Source of the DNA: Pyrinomonadaceae bacterium
GTDB taxonomy: Bacteria > Acidobacteriota > Blastocatellia > Pyrinomonadales > Pyrinomonadaceae
Length of the DNA: 63,491 nt
Assembly: GCA_040081025.1 (NCBI GenBank)
Contig: JBEBGW010000001.1
Location: 1 to 63,491 of the forward strand
Direction of reading: 5' to 3'
The position numbers and the translations under genes are program-made. How positions within the stretch are numbered: the first letter of the stretch is position 1; every line of letters starts with the position of its first letter. The notes under the pieces were generated by a model. That model did no database searches. It was not told the DNA's origin and was given only the letters and a program-made list of their open reading frames with translations. Below are positions 29,231 through 39,467 of the stretch, piece by piece.

Positions 29231-30735
29231 TTCGCCTCCATGTCGTGACCGAGAGCGGTGGCAAGGATCGCATCCTGCGTGGCTTCCGAGCGGTCGAATA
29301 TTTTTACGATCGTTCCGCGATTCATGACTGCTATCCGGTCGCTCATGCCCAGGATCTCGGGCAGTTCCGACGAGATCAGCACGATCGCTACGCCCTTTTC
29401 GGCGAGCTCCATCATTAGTTCATGGATCTCCGATTTTGCTCCGACGTCGATGCCCTGGGTAGGTTCATCGAGGATGAGCACGGTAGGCTCGGTCATCAAC
29501 CAACGACTCAATGCGACCTTTTGCTGATTGCCGCCCGAGAGCGTGGACACCGAGTTGTGAATGTCATTCGTTTTCACGCCAAGGCGGCGAGTGTACTCAG
29601 CGGCGATCTTTTTCTCGCGCGCAAAGCTGAATGACATCCCTCTGAGACTCGTAAGATTCTTGAGAGAAGCAAGCGTAATGTTCGCCGCGATCGGAAGATC
29701 GAGAACGACGCCATGACGCCGCCGGTCTTCGGGGAGATACGCAATGCCGTGACTGATCGCTTCGATCGGATGGCCAATTGAAACCTTTATTCCGTCCTTC
29801 AAGATCTCGCCGGAATCCCTCGGTTCGATCCCGAAGATCACTTTCGCGAGTTGTGTACGTCCGGCCCCGACGATCCCCGCCACGCCGACGATCTCACCTG
29901 CTCGGACGGTTAGATTCACGTTCGCGATCCCCGCTGATCGCGACGCGAGATTCCTTATCTCAAATGTGATCTCACCCTTCTTAACCTCACGCTTGGGGAA
30001 GACGGCGGATAGTTCGCGACCGACCATTAGACGGACGAGTTCTTCAGGCGTGACACCGTCGATCGATTTGGTTTCGATCGTTCGGCCGTCGCGCAATACA
30101 GTGACCCGATCAGCGATTATCGGCAGTTCCTCGAGTCGATGCGAGATGTATATGATGCCTGCGCCTGAAGCCTTAAGTCCGCGAATAACGTCGAAGAGGT
30201 TTCGCGTGTCTTCTTCTGACAGGGACGCCGTAGGTTCGTCGAAGATGAAGAGTTTCGCATCCGAACCCAGCGCTCGGGCGATCTCGACGAGTTGCTGCTG
30301 CGGCATCGAGAGTTCGGATGCCGTCACGTCAACATCGATCCGCGCGCCAATGCGACTGAGAAGTTCTTTCGAGATCGCTCGCCGTTCATTCCAATCGATC
30401 AATCCGAGGAATCCGGTATGGCTACCGAAAGTGAGATTCTCGGCAACGCTGAGTTCGGGAAATAGCGACGGTTGTTGATAGATCGGTGCGATGCCGAGCT
30501 TTTTCGAGATCGCAGGAGAGTTTTCAGTGATCGTGCTGCCGTCGAAATGAATGGAGCCTTCGTCGTTGAGAACGGCTCCGGTGATTATCTTTATAAGCGT
30601 CGACTTACCAGCGCCGTTCTCTCCGACGATCGCGTGCACCTCGCCTCGGTTTACCGAAAACGATGCATCGCTCAGCGCTCGGACGCCGGCATAGGATTTT
30701 GATATCCCGTTTACTGAAAGGAGCGGTTCGCTCAT
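29227..30735 (-). CDS. Sugar ABC transporter ATP-binding protein (two fused ABC domains, RhaT/RbsA-like)
   Basis: Walker A GENGAGKST, signature LSGGNQQK and a duplicated ABC cassette. Confidence 0.9.
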   Translation of the reverse strand: MSEPLLSVNGISKSYAGVRALSDASFSVNRGEVHAIVGENGAGKSTLIKIITGAVLNDEGSIHFDGSTITENSPAISKKLGIAPIYQQPSLFPELSVAENLTFGSHTGFLGLIDWNERRAISKELLSRIGARIDVDVTASELSMPQQQLVEIARALGSDAKLFIFDEPTASLSEEDTRNLFDVIRGLKASGAGIIYISHRLEELPIIADRVTVLRDGRTIETKSIDGVTPEELVRLMVGRELSAVFPKREVKKGEITFEIRNLASRSAGIANVNLTVRAGEIVGVAGIVGAGRTQLAKVIFGIEPRDSGEILKDGIKVSIGHPIEAISHGIAYLPEDRRRHGVVLDLPIAANITLASLKNLTSLRGMSFSFAREKKIAAEYTRRLGVKTNDIHNSVSTLSGGNQQKVALSRWLMTEPTVLILDEPTQGIDVGAKSEIHELMMELAEKGVAIVLISSELPEILGMSDRIAVMNRGTIVKIFDRSEATQDAILATALGHDMEAN

Positions 30736-30736
30736 A

Positions 30737-31378
30737 TCAATCGATCAATATGACGATCAGTCGTTTCGGCCCGTGAACCCCGATCGCGAGAGTAAGCTCG
30801 ATATCCGACGTACGCGAAGGTCCTGTGATGAACGTGATCGTCGGATCGATCTTGCTCGAGAGTTCCTCGAGCACATCACTCATCGACAATTTGATGTTCG
30901 CGGTGTTCAGCACGCAGATGTGAACCGGTGGTACTAGCGATACCAGCCGGTGCGTTTCCATCGACGATCGCAGCACCAACGTTCCAGTTTCGGCTATCGC
31001 GAGTTGGGCAGTGCTAATGCCGGCGTCAACGGCAAACAATTCCTCGCGTGACGGATCTTGAATCAGGTCAATGCCCTCGAATGCCTTACTTTCGCGTAAA
31101 GACATATCCGAGATAGCTACTCTCTTCGCCCCGATCTCTCCAAGGGTTCCAGTTATCAAGTCGATCGCCTGTTCCTCGTTGCTAGACCGATAGACCTCAC
31201 CACCAACAGCTGAGAGTTCCGTCGCGAATTGGTCGGCCAGATCTGTGCTAGAAACGTTTGACACGGATGGCTTCTGCAGCCGAGTCGATGGCTGAAGATG
31301 GTGGTATAAAGCTTCAAACGGAGCACTCTTTGCCAGGTTCGAACGAATATCCGCGAGCATCGCAGTACGGGCGCTCAT
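30737..31378 (-). CDS. lutC: Lactate utilisation protein C (LUD domain)
   Basis: 213 aa in the third position of a LutA-LutB-LutC gene order. The call relies partly on this context. Confidence 0.75.
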   Translation of the reverse strand: MSARTAMLADIRSNLAKSAPFEALYHHLQPSTRLQKPSVSNVSSTDLADQFATELSAVGGEVYRSSNEEQAIDLITGTLGEIGAKRVAISDMSLRESKAFEGIDLIQDPSREELFAVDAGISTAQLAIAETGTLVLRSSMETHRLVSLVPPVHICVLNTANIKLSMSDVLEELSSKIDPTITFITGPSRTSDIELTLAIGVHGPKRLIVILID

Positions 31379-32853
31379 TGCGAATTACCTCCGTTCTTCA
31401 ACTCGCGTTTCCAAAGTTCTCGAAACGATTCCGGAGCGACAGCCGGAGCGTCACGCCATGCTGTCCAAGCGCCTAACGGCGGAGCGACCGAAGCAAGCAG
31501 GCCGCTCACAGATCCAACCTTTCCATCCCGAACGACTAAACGCTGTGTCGCTCGCGCAATCTTCAGCAGAAATCGGTACCGCCCCGGAGTCTTCCAGAAA
31601 CTCCCATACAGTTTGAACGCCAACCTCTCGCCGACCCCGCGGCCGACCTTCTCATCTGCGGCGACGCCGTTTGCAGTTCCTTCGGTTATTTCAGCCCGCA
31701 GGTGAAGAAGCAGCTCGGGAATGTCGATCTTTACGGGGCAGACTTCGCGACAGGCTCCGCAAAGGCTGGAGGCATAGGGAAGCTGTTTCGCTTTCGCGAG
31801 CCCTTCGAGCTGCGGAGTGATCACCGCCCCAATAGGGCCGGGATATACGGCTCCGTATGCGTGGCCGCCAACCGACTGATAGACAGGGCACGCGTTCAAA
31901 CACGCTCCGCATCGGATGCACGCAAGACTCTGTCGCGTCACCGGATGGGCGAGCATCTTCGACCGGCCGTTATCGACGAGCACGATGTGAAGTTCATCGG
32001 GACCTTCATTACTCTCGGTCTTTTTTGTTCCGGTGATGATCGACTGATATGCCGTAAGCCGCTGTCCGGTTCCGGAACGAGGCAGCAGCTCCAGAAACAC
32101 CGCAAGATCAGTGAACCGTGGCAGGAGCTTTTCGATCCCCATCACGGCGATGTGCGTTTTCGGTAGGCTTGTCGTCAAGCGAACATTACCTTCGTTCTCG
32201 AGGATCAGAATGCTGCCGGATTCGGCGATGCCGAAGTTCACGCCGCTGATCCCGACCGTAGCCTCCGCAAACTTTTGACGCAGGATCCGCCGAGCGGTCG
32301 CAGTTAGTTCATCGACGCCAGCCTCTCGATCGGTGCCAACCTTTTCCGCAAAAAGTTCAGCGATCTGGGCTTTTGTCTTGTGGATCGCCGGTACGACGAT
32401 GTGCGATGGTGTCTCGCCTGCGAGCTGGATGATCCATTCACCAAGATCGGTCTCAACAGGTTCTATGCCTTCGGCTTCGAGCGCCGCATTGAGGTGGATC
32501 TCCTCGGTCAGCATGCTCTTGGACTTGACCACCATCTCGACTCCTCGTTCTTTCACAAGAGCGATGACTATCGAGCATGCCTCTTTCGCGTCGCGAGCCC
32601 AGTGGATCCTGGCGCCGTTTGCCTCAGCGTTGTCGGCGAAGGCGACAAGGTACTCGTCGAGTTGACCGAGCACTTCGGCCTTGATCGAGCGTGCGGATTC
32701 CCGTGATGCCTCCCAATCGGGAACGGTCGCGATCGCAGCTTTCCTGCGAGTCCCGAACGTCGTCGCGAGATTCTGCAGCGCGCCTTGAAGTACCGGGTCA
32801 TCGATCGCCGCCCGTGCATTCTTGTCGAAGTTTTCAGCTGTCTGAGCCTGCAT
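31375..32853 (-). CDS. lutB: Lactate utilisation iron-sulfur protein B
   Basis: 4Fe-4S motifs CIRCGACLNACPVY and CGACREVCPV, with a LUD-type N-domain. Confidence 0.85.
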   Translation of the reverse strand: MQAQTAENFDKNARAAIDDPVLQGALQNLATTFGTRRKAAIATVPDWEASRESARSIKAEVLGQLDEYLVAFADNAEANGARIHWARDAKEACSIVIALVKERGVEMVVKSKSMLTEEIHLNAALEAEGIEPVETDLGEWIIQLAGETPSHIVVPAIHKTKAQIAELFAEKVGTDREAGVDELTATARRILRQKFAEATVGISGVNFGIAESGSILILENEGNVRLTTSLPKTHIAVMGIEKLLPRFTDLAVFLELLPRSGTGQRLTAYQSIITGTKKTESNEGPDELHIVLVDNGRSKMLAHPVTRQSLACIRCGACLNACPVYQSVGGHAYGAVYPGPIGAVITPQLEGLAKAKQLPYASSLCGACREVCPVKIDIPELLLHLRAEITEGTANGVAADEKVGRGVGERLAFKLYGSFWKTPGRYRFLLKIARATQRLVVRDGKVGSVSGLLASVAPPLGAWTAWRDAPAVAPESFRELWKRELKNGGNSQ

Positions 32854-33579
32854 CTATTCGTGCGAATCGAGTATCTCCGCGAGGTGCATCGCTTTCACTT
32901 TCGAACCATTCCGCGAAAGTCTGCCGCCGATCTGCATCAGGCAGCTTGAGTCACATGACACAATGCATCGCAGGTCGGCTTCCTCGATCGACTTGATCTT
33001 GCGGTCTACCATCTCGACGGAAATTTCCGGATACTTCACCGAGAACGTTCCGCCGAATCCGCAGCAAACTTCCGAATCCGGCAGCTCCACCAACTCCGCT
33101 TTGTCGACATTCCCGAGCAATTCTCGAGGTTGCTGTTTGATCCCGAGATCGCGAAGTCCGTGGCACGCATCGTGAAATCCGATACGGCCTTCGAACGCCG
33201 CACCTGTATCTTCAACTCCGAGCACATTTACAAGGAATGATCCAAGCTCGTGGGTTTTGTCCGCTAACTTCTCAGCCCGATGTCTCCATTCTTCATCTTC
33301 CGGAAAGAGTTCGTGAAAGTGTTTGACCATCGCCGTACACGATCCGGACGGCGAGACGATCGCCTCCGAATCAGAATTTTCGAAGATCTCGATAAATCGT
33401 TCAGCAAACCCGCGTGCTTCGTGCCTATAGCCGCTATTGAAAGCAGGCTGTCCACAGCATGTCTGCCGGTCGTCAAACTCGACCTCGCAGCCTGCCCTTC
33501 GCAGTACATTGACAGTAGACTCACCAACTTTCGGAAAAAGCTGGTCAACAATGCAGGTTACGAAGAGCGATACTTTCAC
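32854..33579 (-). CDS. lutA: Lactate utilisation protein A ((Fe-S) oxidoreductase, CCG domains)
   Basis: MKVSLFVTCIVDQ...CCGQPAFNSGY, closely matching the B. subtilis LutA N-terminus from memory. Confidence 0.85.
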   Translation of the reverse strand: MKVSLFVTCIVDQLFPKVGESTVNVLRRAGCEVEFDDRQTCCGQPAFNSGYRHEARGFAERFIEIFENSDSEAIVSPSGSCTAMVKHFHELFPEDEEWRHRAEKLADKTHELGSFLVNVLGVEDTGAAFEGRIGFHDACHGLRDLGIKQQPRELLGNVDKAELVELPDSEVCCGFGGTFSVKYPEISVEMVDRKIKSIEEADLRCIVSCDSSCLMQIGGRLSRNGSKVKAMHLAEILDSHE

Positions 33580-33599
33580 TTAAGGTTAGTGGAGTTACG

Positions 33600-34400
33600 T
33601 TAACGCTTCGCTAAGAATCTGTCTATCTTCAGCCGCTTGATCTTACGAAGCCCTTCGACCACCGACTCTGCATTGACACGCGCTCCTGCGAGCGATGTGT
33701 GCGTGTTATCGATCTTAGTGAAATAGTCGGCGTCAACTTTCGCCGAGCCGTCTTTTTCATACTTCCGAGCCGTGATCTCGTTCAGGTCAAGGAAGTAAGA
33801 CGAGGTCTCTTTCGCGATCGCCTTTGACCAGCCGCCGTAAGTTTCCGCTGCCCGCTCGACCTTATTCTCAGTCCATCTATTTCTCGGCACTGGAGAAAGG
33901 AGCACAACGATCGCTCCTTTTGCCTTTGCGTCAGCGACGTAGGTGCGAAGGTACGAGCCGAATGTGCGGACGGTTTCTTTCTTCTGCGTCGACTCTACGG
34001 TCGCCTCTTGGGTTTCGCTGCCGATACCTTTTAGCGATCCTCTTGCGCGATCCTTGTCGATCGGACCGCCGTCATTGTGGCCGAACTGAATGAGAACGAT
34101 GTCGCCTTTCGCGAGTGTCGGCTTGATCTGATCCCAAAGGCCTTCTGTAATAAACGTTCGACTGCTTCGGCCTCCGCGAGCCCTGTTGATGACGTCGATC
34201 TTTGCCGGATCGAAAGACTCACCGATAATATTGCCCCAGCCTCGAAAATCACCGGAGGAGTTGTTCACCGTCGAGTCACCAATGAGTACCAGTTTAGGGA
34301 TCGCCTGCGCAACCGATACATGTCCGGCGAAGAATACGATCGCCAGGATCACGATCGCTCGAGCGAATTGTTTATGAAAAGCGTTTTTCGATTTCCGCAT
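33600..34400 (-). CDS. SGNH/GDSL esterase, rhamnogalacturonan acetylesterase-like (CE12)
   Basis: The start was moved to the internal MRKSKNAF... (signal peptide). SGNH blocks are GDSTV, RGGRSS, GHNDG and DNTHTS. Even so, it overlaps the rhaB stop by ~29 nt. Confidence 0.7.
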   Translation of the reverse strand: MRKSKNAFHKQFARAIVILAIVFFAGHVSVAQAIPKLVLIGDSTVNNSSGDFRGWGNIIGESFDPAKIDVINRARGGRSSRTFITEGLWDQIKPTLAKGDIVLIQFGHNDGGPIDKDRARGSLKGIGSETQEATVESTQKKETVRTFGSYLRTYVADAKAKGAIVVLLSPVPRNRWTENKVERAAETYGGWSKAIAKETSSYFLDLNEITARKYEKDGSAKVDADYFTKIDNTHTSLAGARVNAESVVEGLRKIKRLKIDRFLAKR

Positions 34401-35820
34401 AATGGGTATGCAGCGCTGGATCGATCTCAAGTGGAACAAACTCTTCAAAGTCGGTCACTTCCTCTATATGACTGCGGGCGTCGGAAATTCCTTTGAACTG
34501 ACCGGCCGCGATCGCCTGTACTGCCGCGTTTCCGACAACTGTCGCCTCAAACAGTCCTGCTCGAACCGTGACGCCGGTCGCGTTTGCCGTCATCTGGTTC
34601 AAATAGCGATTGCGTCCACCACCGCCCAGCACCTCGACTCGCGAAATTTGAATCTGTGTTAGTTCGCCAGCCGTTCTCAGAACCGAAGCGTATCTAAAGG
34701 CTAGAGAATCGAATATCAACCTCGCGACCGTAACGGGATCGTCATCGAACTGCTGTCCGGTCTCGATGAGCTGAACTCGGATCGCATCGAGCATGCTCTT
34801 CGGATTCACGAACCGGGGATCATCCGGGTAGATCAATGACTCGGATTCTGTTCTGCGGAATGCGGCCTCGACCAAGTCATCGTAATTTGTTCCGATCCCG
34901 CGGGCACTCCACTCTACTCTGCACCTCTCCAGAAGCCAGAGGCCCATCACATTCTTTAGAAAACGCGTCGTACGGTCGACTCCGCCTTCGTTTGTGAAAT
35001 TTGCTTTTGAAACCTCGTCATTTACGAGGGGGTGTTGGAGTTCAACCCCGACAAGCGACCATGTACCGGACGAGATATAAGCTGAATTCGGTGTGAGTGG
35101 CGCCGCAGCGACTGCGCTCGCGGTATCGTGGCTCGCCACGGAGACCACCTTCAATGTTCCGTCCGCAAACGTTCCCCGGACGGTCGCCGGTTCAACGATC
35201 TCGGGAAATATCGAAGTGTCGAGGTCGAGTCTGCTCAGCATCTCGCTGTCCCAACCACGACCGATTACATTCAACATCTGCGTGGTGGTCGCGTTGGTGA
35301 ATTCGGCGGCCCTTGTTCCGCAAAGGCGATTGTTGATCAGATCGGGAAGGAGCAGAAACGTCGCAACCTCAGATAGTCGCTCGCGATCTGCGTAGAGTTG
35401 ATAAAGTGTGTTGAAATCAAGGAACTGGATGCCTGTACGATTGAAGATGTCCGACTTCGAGACTCGTTCGAAGACCTCGTCTAGGACGCTCTCGGTCCGC
35501 CTGTCGCGATAACATGCCGGATCGGAAACGAGTCGACCATCGCTGTCGAGCAATCCGTAATCAACCCCCCAGCTATCGACGCCAACACTTACTAAGTCTC
35601 CGTCGATACGTCCAGCGCGGTCAACCGCTTCTTTGATGCCGAGCGATACGTTTTCAAAGATCAAATTGAAGTCCCAAGAAAGGCGGCCGTCTACGATTCG
35701 GGGCGGGTAATGGAATCGACGAATCTCTTCTAAAAACAGCCGATCGATCTCAAACGAAACAAGGAAAACCCGACCGCTTCCCGCTCCGAGGTCGACTGAA
35801 ATGTAGAGTGGTGCCCCCAT
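34372..35820 (-). CDS. rhaB: Rhamnulokinase (FGGY family)
   Basis: FGGY kinase blocks (DLGAGSGR, GVDSWGVDYGLLD), located next to the rhamnose isomerase gene. Confidence 0.8.
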   Translation of the reverse strand: MGAPLYISVDLGAGSGRVFLVSFEIDRLFLEEIRRFHYPPRIVDGRLSWDFNLIFENVSLGIKEAVDRAGRIDGDLVSVGVDSWGVDYGLLDSDGRLVSDPACYRDRRTESVLDEVFERVSKSDIFNRTGIQFLDFNTLYQLYADRERLSEVATFLLLPDLINNRLCGTRAAEFTNATTTQMLNVIGRGWDSEMLSRLDLDTSIFPEIVEPATVRGTFADGTLKVVSVASHDTASAVAAAPLTPNSAYISSGTWSLVGVELQHPLVNDEVSKANFTNEGGVDRTTRFLKNVMGLWLLERCRVEWSARGIGTNYDDLVEAAFRRTESESLIYPDDPRFVNPKSMLDAIRVQLIETGQQFDDDPVTVARLIFDSLAFRYASVLRTAGELTQIQISRVEVLGGGGRNRYLNQMTANATGVTVRAGLFEATVVGNAAVQAIAAGQFKGISDARSHIEEVTDFEEFVPLEIDPALHTHYAEIEKRFS

Positions 35821-35836
35821 TTACGAGGTCAGAAAC

Positions 35837-37135
35837 TTATACGATGCCCGCCGAAAGTCCAAGGGTCGCCGGTCGCTCACTCGCTTTGCGATCGCGATAT
35901 CCGCTAGCACGGTAAACGCCGATCGGGTCGATCGCTCCGCCTGAACGTTCGCGCGCCGCCGCGAGGATGCACGAAACGTCCGTGACGAATGCTTCCTTCA
36001 GTGTGCTTAAAGCGACGATCGGATCGGTTACTATTTGTGCCTCTGCGAGCTTCTCACGGTCGACCAACAGTGCCTGCACGAATGCGCGCGATATCTCGAT
36101 CGAACTCACGATGAGCGACTCGATCGGGTCGGTCACATTGTGCGACTGATCGAGCATGTATGCCGGAGCGAAGCCAGGAACATTGCTCAACTCGGCGTCT
36201 ACGAGTTCGTTGAAGATAAGGAACAGCTGGAACGGCTTAACCGAGCCTGTGTCCAGGTCGTCATCGCCGTACTTACTGTCGTTAAAGTGAAATCCGCCAA
36301 GCTTGCCGAACTGGATAAGTCTCGACACGATCTGCTCGATGTTGACGTTAGGAGCGTGGTGTCCAAGGTCGACGAGGCAGGCGGCTTTTTCACCCAATTC
36401 GCGGGCGCAATGATAACTCGTCCCCCAGTCGCTAATGACGCTTGAGTAGAATGCTGGCTCGAACATTTTGTGCTCGAGGTACAGTTTCCAATCATCAGGG
36501 ACGGCGGCGTAAAGCACTTTCAGCGATTCGAGATATCGCTCTAATGCGTGTCGAAAATTTGATTGCCCAGCGAAGTTGCTTCCGTCGCCAACCCAAACCG
36601 TCAGAGCCTTAGAGCCGATAGCTTTTCCGATCTCAATACATTCAAGGTTATGCTCGATCGCCTGCTGTCGAATGGCCTTGTCAGGATGCGTGAGACTGCC
36701 GTATTTGTACGAATGCGCTTGGCCAAGCTGGTCCTGAAACGTGTTCGAGTTCATCGCGTCGAACTCTAGCTCAAGTTCGGCCGCTGCATTAAGCAATGTT
36801 GTCAAATCCTCGGGCTTGTCCCACGGAATATGGAGGGAAACGGCAGGTGTTGTGCGAACGAGCTTGTTGATCGTCGAACAGTCGTCGAGCTTCTCGAAGA
36901 CATTTCGCGGCTCGCCCTTGCCGGCAAACCGTGCGAAGCGGGTTCCGCCGGTGCCGACACCCCATGAGGGCACGGCGACCTTGAGACGAGCGGCCCGATC
37001 GATCACATCATCGATCTCTATACCGCGTCGCTGGAGCTTTCTCGACAGGTAGTCAAGGTCTTCCCCAAGCAAGGCCTTTCGAGCCTTGTTGTCTTCGTCG
37101 ATCACGTTCTGTTCGATCAGGAATCTCGCAGCCAT
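35837..37135 (-). CDS. rhaI: L-rhamnose isomerase (TIM-barrel, P. stutzeri/actinobacterial RhaI type)
   Basis: 432 aa of xylose-isomerase-like fold. It differs from E. coli RhaA but is typical of RhaI-type genes adjacent to RhaEW. Confidence 0.8.
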   Translation of the reverse strand: MAARFLIEQNVIDEDNKARKALLGEDLDYLSRKLQRRGIEIDDVIDRAARLKVAVPSWGVGTGGTRFARFAGKGEPRNVFEKLDDCSTINKLVRTTPAVSLHIPWDKPEDLTTLLNAAAELELEFDAMNSNTFQDQLGQAHSYKYGSLTHPDKAIRQQAIEHNLECIEIGKAIGSKALTVWVGDGSNFAGQSNFRHALERYLESLKVLYAAVPDDWKLYLEHKMFEPAFYSSVISDWGTSYHCARELGEKAACLVDLGHHAPNVNIEQIVSRLIQFGKLGGFHFNDSKYGDDDLDTGSVKPFQLFLIFNELVDAELSNVPGFAPAYMLDQSHNVTDPIESLIVSSIEISRAFVQALLVDREKLAEAQIVTDPIVALSTLKEAFVTDVSCILAAARERSGGAIDPIGVYRASGYRDRKASERPATLGLSAGIV

Positions 37136-37158
37136 TTTTAGCCGATCTCCGTCAGATC

Positions 37159-39363
37159 TTAACGCATGAAACCATCTTGTAGTCCGCCGTCAACCGGGAT
37201 GATGTGTCCGGTTGTTTTTGCCAGTCGTTTCGTCAAAAACAGGTAGATCGCCTCTGCCTGATCGGACGGTTCGATCGGCGTCTGAGTCAGCGAACGCTTC
37301 GCGTAGAAACCCGACAGCTTTTCGGTCAGGGCGTCTGTCTCCTCACTTTCTTCAAACGGGATATCGTACTTCGTCAAGGATGCGATCACGCGGTCTCGCG
37401 GGAACATCGTGCTGCCTTTGACCACAGTCGCCGGTGCGACGGCATTGACGCGAACAAGAGGTGCCATCTCGATCGCCAATTCACGGACAAGGTGGTTGGC
37501 GGCCGCTTTGCTCGTATCGTATGCGAGGCTGCCCTTCTTCGCAACGACCGCGTTTGCGCTCGTGGTTAGAATGACGTTGCCTTGCAAGCCTTGCTCCTTA
37601 AAGATCGTGTTCGCCTCATCAGCGACGATGTAAGCTCCCTTCACATTAATTCCGAAAGTGAAGTCCCACATCTTGTCATCGATCCTTCCGGACTTGTCGG
37701 GCGGAACGAATACGCCCGCGGTGACAATGACCGCGTCGATCCCGCCGTACGCGAGGATGACTTTCTTGAAAAGCTCTCGGACTGATTCGCGATCGGTCAT
37801 GTCGCAGCCGAGCCCAATCGCAACGCCCGCGTTCGAAATTCCTGTACCCGAGACTCCGATTCCTGGCCCGTATTTGGCAATTATCTCGTCAGCCGTAGCT
37901 TTCGCAGTCGCTTCGTCCTTATCGACGCAAACAACGTGAGCACCTTCCCTGACGACCCGATGTGCGGTTTCCTTGCCGATACCTGCTCCGGCACCGATGA
38001 TCACGTGGATCTGCCGGTCGAGTTCCTTTTCGGGCGGCATACGTTGAAGCTTCGCCTCTTCAAGCGGCCAGTATTCGATGTCGAATGCTTCCTGCTGATC
38101 CATCGCCTCATATTCGTCGATGGCCTCAGCACCGCGCATCACTTCGATCGCGCAATTATAAAATTCGCCGGTGACGCGTGACTCGCTCTTGTTCTTACCC
38201 CATGCGATCATTCCGAGACCTGGGATCAGGACGACGGTCGGGTTCGGATCGCGCATCGCCGGCGAGTCAGGCCGCTTGCATCGCTCATAGTAGGCAGCGT
38301 AATCCTTTCGGTATTGTTCGATTCCTTCAGTGATCGCGACCTTCAGAGTGTCGATGTCGCCCGACGCGGGATCCCAATTAACGAACAGAGGCTTGATCTT
38401 GGTTCGGAGGAAGTGGTCGGGGCAGGACGTTCCGAGTTCCGCGAGCCGCGGCCCGTCGACACTATTTACGAATCGAAGCATTTTCGGATCGTCCTGAACG
38501 GTTCCGACGAATCGCTTGTACGACGAGACCTTTCCGCGGATGAACGGAATGATCGCGATCTGCAGAGACTGCCGCGTAGCTTCGTCGAGTTCCTGATGTT
38601 TAGGACCACCGAAGGTAGCGTCACCCTTATCGTGAGATTCGATGTAACGTGAGGCCCGGTCGATGATCTCCAGCGCCGTTTCGTAGCAGGTCTTGTCGTC
38701 GTTGTCCCACGAACTCATGCCATGGTGGCCGAGCAAAATACCTTTTGCCTGCGGATTGTCTTTGATAAGCTGTTCGATCTGCAGTCCGATATCGAATCCT
38801 GGCCGCTGCCAGGGCACGTAGACGACATCTTCGCCATAGATCTCTTTCGCGAGCCGTTCCTGATTTACCGACGCGGCGATCGCGATCACGGAATTCGGAT
38901 GCAGGTGATCTACGTGCTTGAAGGGAACCAGCGTGTGAAGCGGAGTATCGATCGAGCACGCACGCGGGTTGAGGTTATAAACGCAGTGCGAGTACATCGG
39001 GTACATCGCATCTTCGATCGGCGTCTTCGGTCCGTTGTTCGGATCATTGACGTACAGCGGCTTCATTGCCCGAACCTTGTCGAGATAAAGCGATGCAAAT
39101 CCGTCGCGTTTGGCGGTTCGAAGGTCACCGCCCGAGCCCTTTAACCAAAGAACCTCGACATCCTCACCCGTGAGTGGGTCTTTCTCCTGCAGCTTCGACG
39201 ACGTGTTGCCGCCGCCCGTGTTCGTGAGCGTCAGATCTTCGCCGAGCTTGTTCGATCGGTATACGAGCCGGTCGACGCCTTCGAGACCGCCCACTTCGTC
39301 ATCATTCCAGAGATATTTGACGTACTTATATTCCAATTCAGGTCGTGCTTGATTACTCATCAC
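37159..39363 (-). CDS. rhaEW: Bifunctional rhamnulose-1-phosphate aldolase / lactaldehyde dehydrogenase (class II aldolase + SDR)
   Basis: 734 aa. N-terminal YLWNDDE...LVYRSNKLGEDLTLTNTGGGNTSSK and a C-terminal SDR domain (GAGAGIGKE, Y..SK). Confidence 0.85.
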   Translation of the reverse strand: MMSNQARPELEYKYVKYLWNDDEVGGLEGVDRLVYRSNKLGEDLTLTNTGGGNTSSKLQEKDPLTGEDVEVLWLKGSGGDLRTAKRDGFASLYLDKVRAMKPLYVNDPNNGPKTPIEDAMYPMYSHCVYNLNPRACSIDTPLHTLVPFKHVDHLHPNSVIAIAASVNQERLAKEIYGEDVVYVPWQRPGFDIGLQIEQLIKDNPQAKGILLGHHGMSSWDNDDKTCYETALEIIDRASRYIESHDKGDATFGGPKHQELDEATRQSLQIAIIPFIRGKVSSYKRFVGTVQDDPKMLRFVNSVDGPRLAELGTSCPDHFLRTKIKPLFVNWDPASGDIDTLKVAITEGIEQYRKDYAAYYERCKRPDSPAMRDPNPTVVLIPGLGMIAWGKNKSESRVTGEFYNCAIEVMRGAEAIDEYEAMDQQEAFDIEYWPLEEAKLQRMPPEKELDRQIHVIIGAGAGIGKETAHRVVREGAHVVCVDKDEATAKATADEIIAKYGPGIGVSGTGISNAGVAIGLGCDMTDRESVRELFKKVILAYGGIDAVIVTAGVFVPPDKSGRIDDKMWDFTFGINVKGAYIVADEANTIFKEQGLQGNVILTTSANAVVAKKGSLAYDTSKAAANHLVRELAIEMAPLVRVNAVAPATVVKGSTMFPRDRVIASLTKYDIPFEESEETDALTEKLSGFYAKRSLTQTPIEPSDQAEAIYLFLTKRLAKTTGHIIPVDGGLQDGFMR

Positions 39364-39399
39364 TGTCGATATTTTATAAAAATGCGTGCCTATCTAGTA

Positions 39400-39420
39400 G
39401 GTTAGAAAACCGCTTAACCA
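39400..39420. promoter_or_regulatory. Operator motif B, site 1 (GGTTAGAAAACCGCTTAACCA; core AAAAC-CG-CTTAA)
   Basis: LacI-type AAnCGnTT core, ~40 bp upstream of the rhaEW start. Related sites lie at 43236, 55922 and 59505. Confidence 0.4.
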
Positions 39421-39467
39421 GTGTATTTTCCGAGCATATCAACATTCCCTTCGAAAGGCAACATCTT

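Noticed and set aside
33593-33606. GTTACGTTAACG as a further copy of the GTTAACGTT operator
   Set aside because: It is one base short of the palindrome and lies in a 20-bp gap inside the long rhamnose operon. A single imperfect hit could easily be chance.
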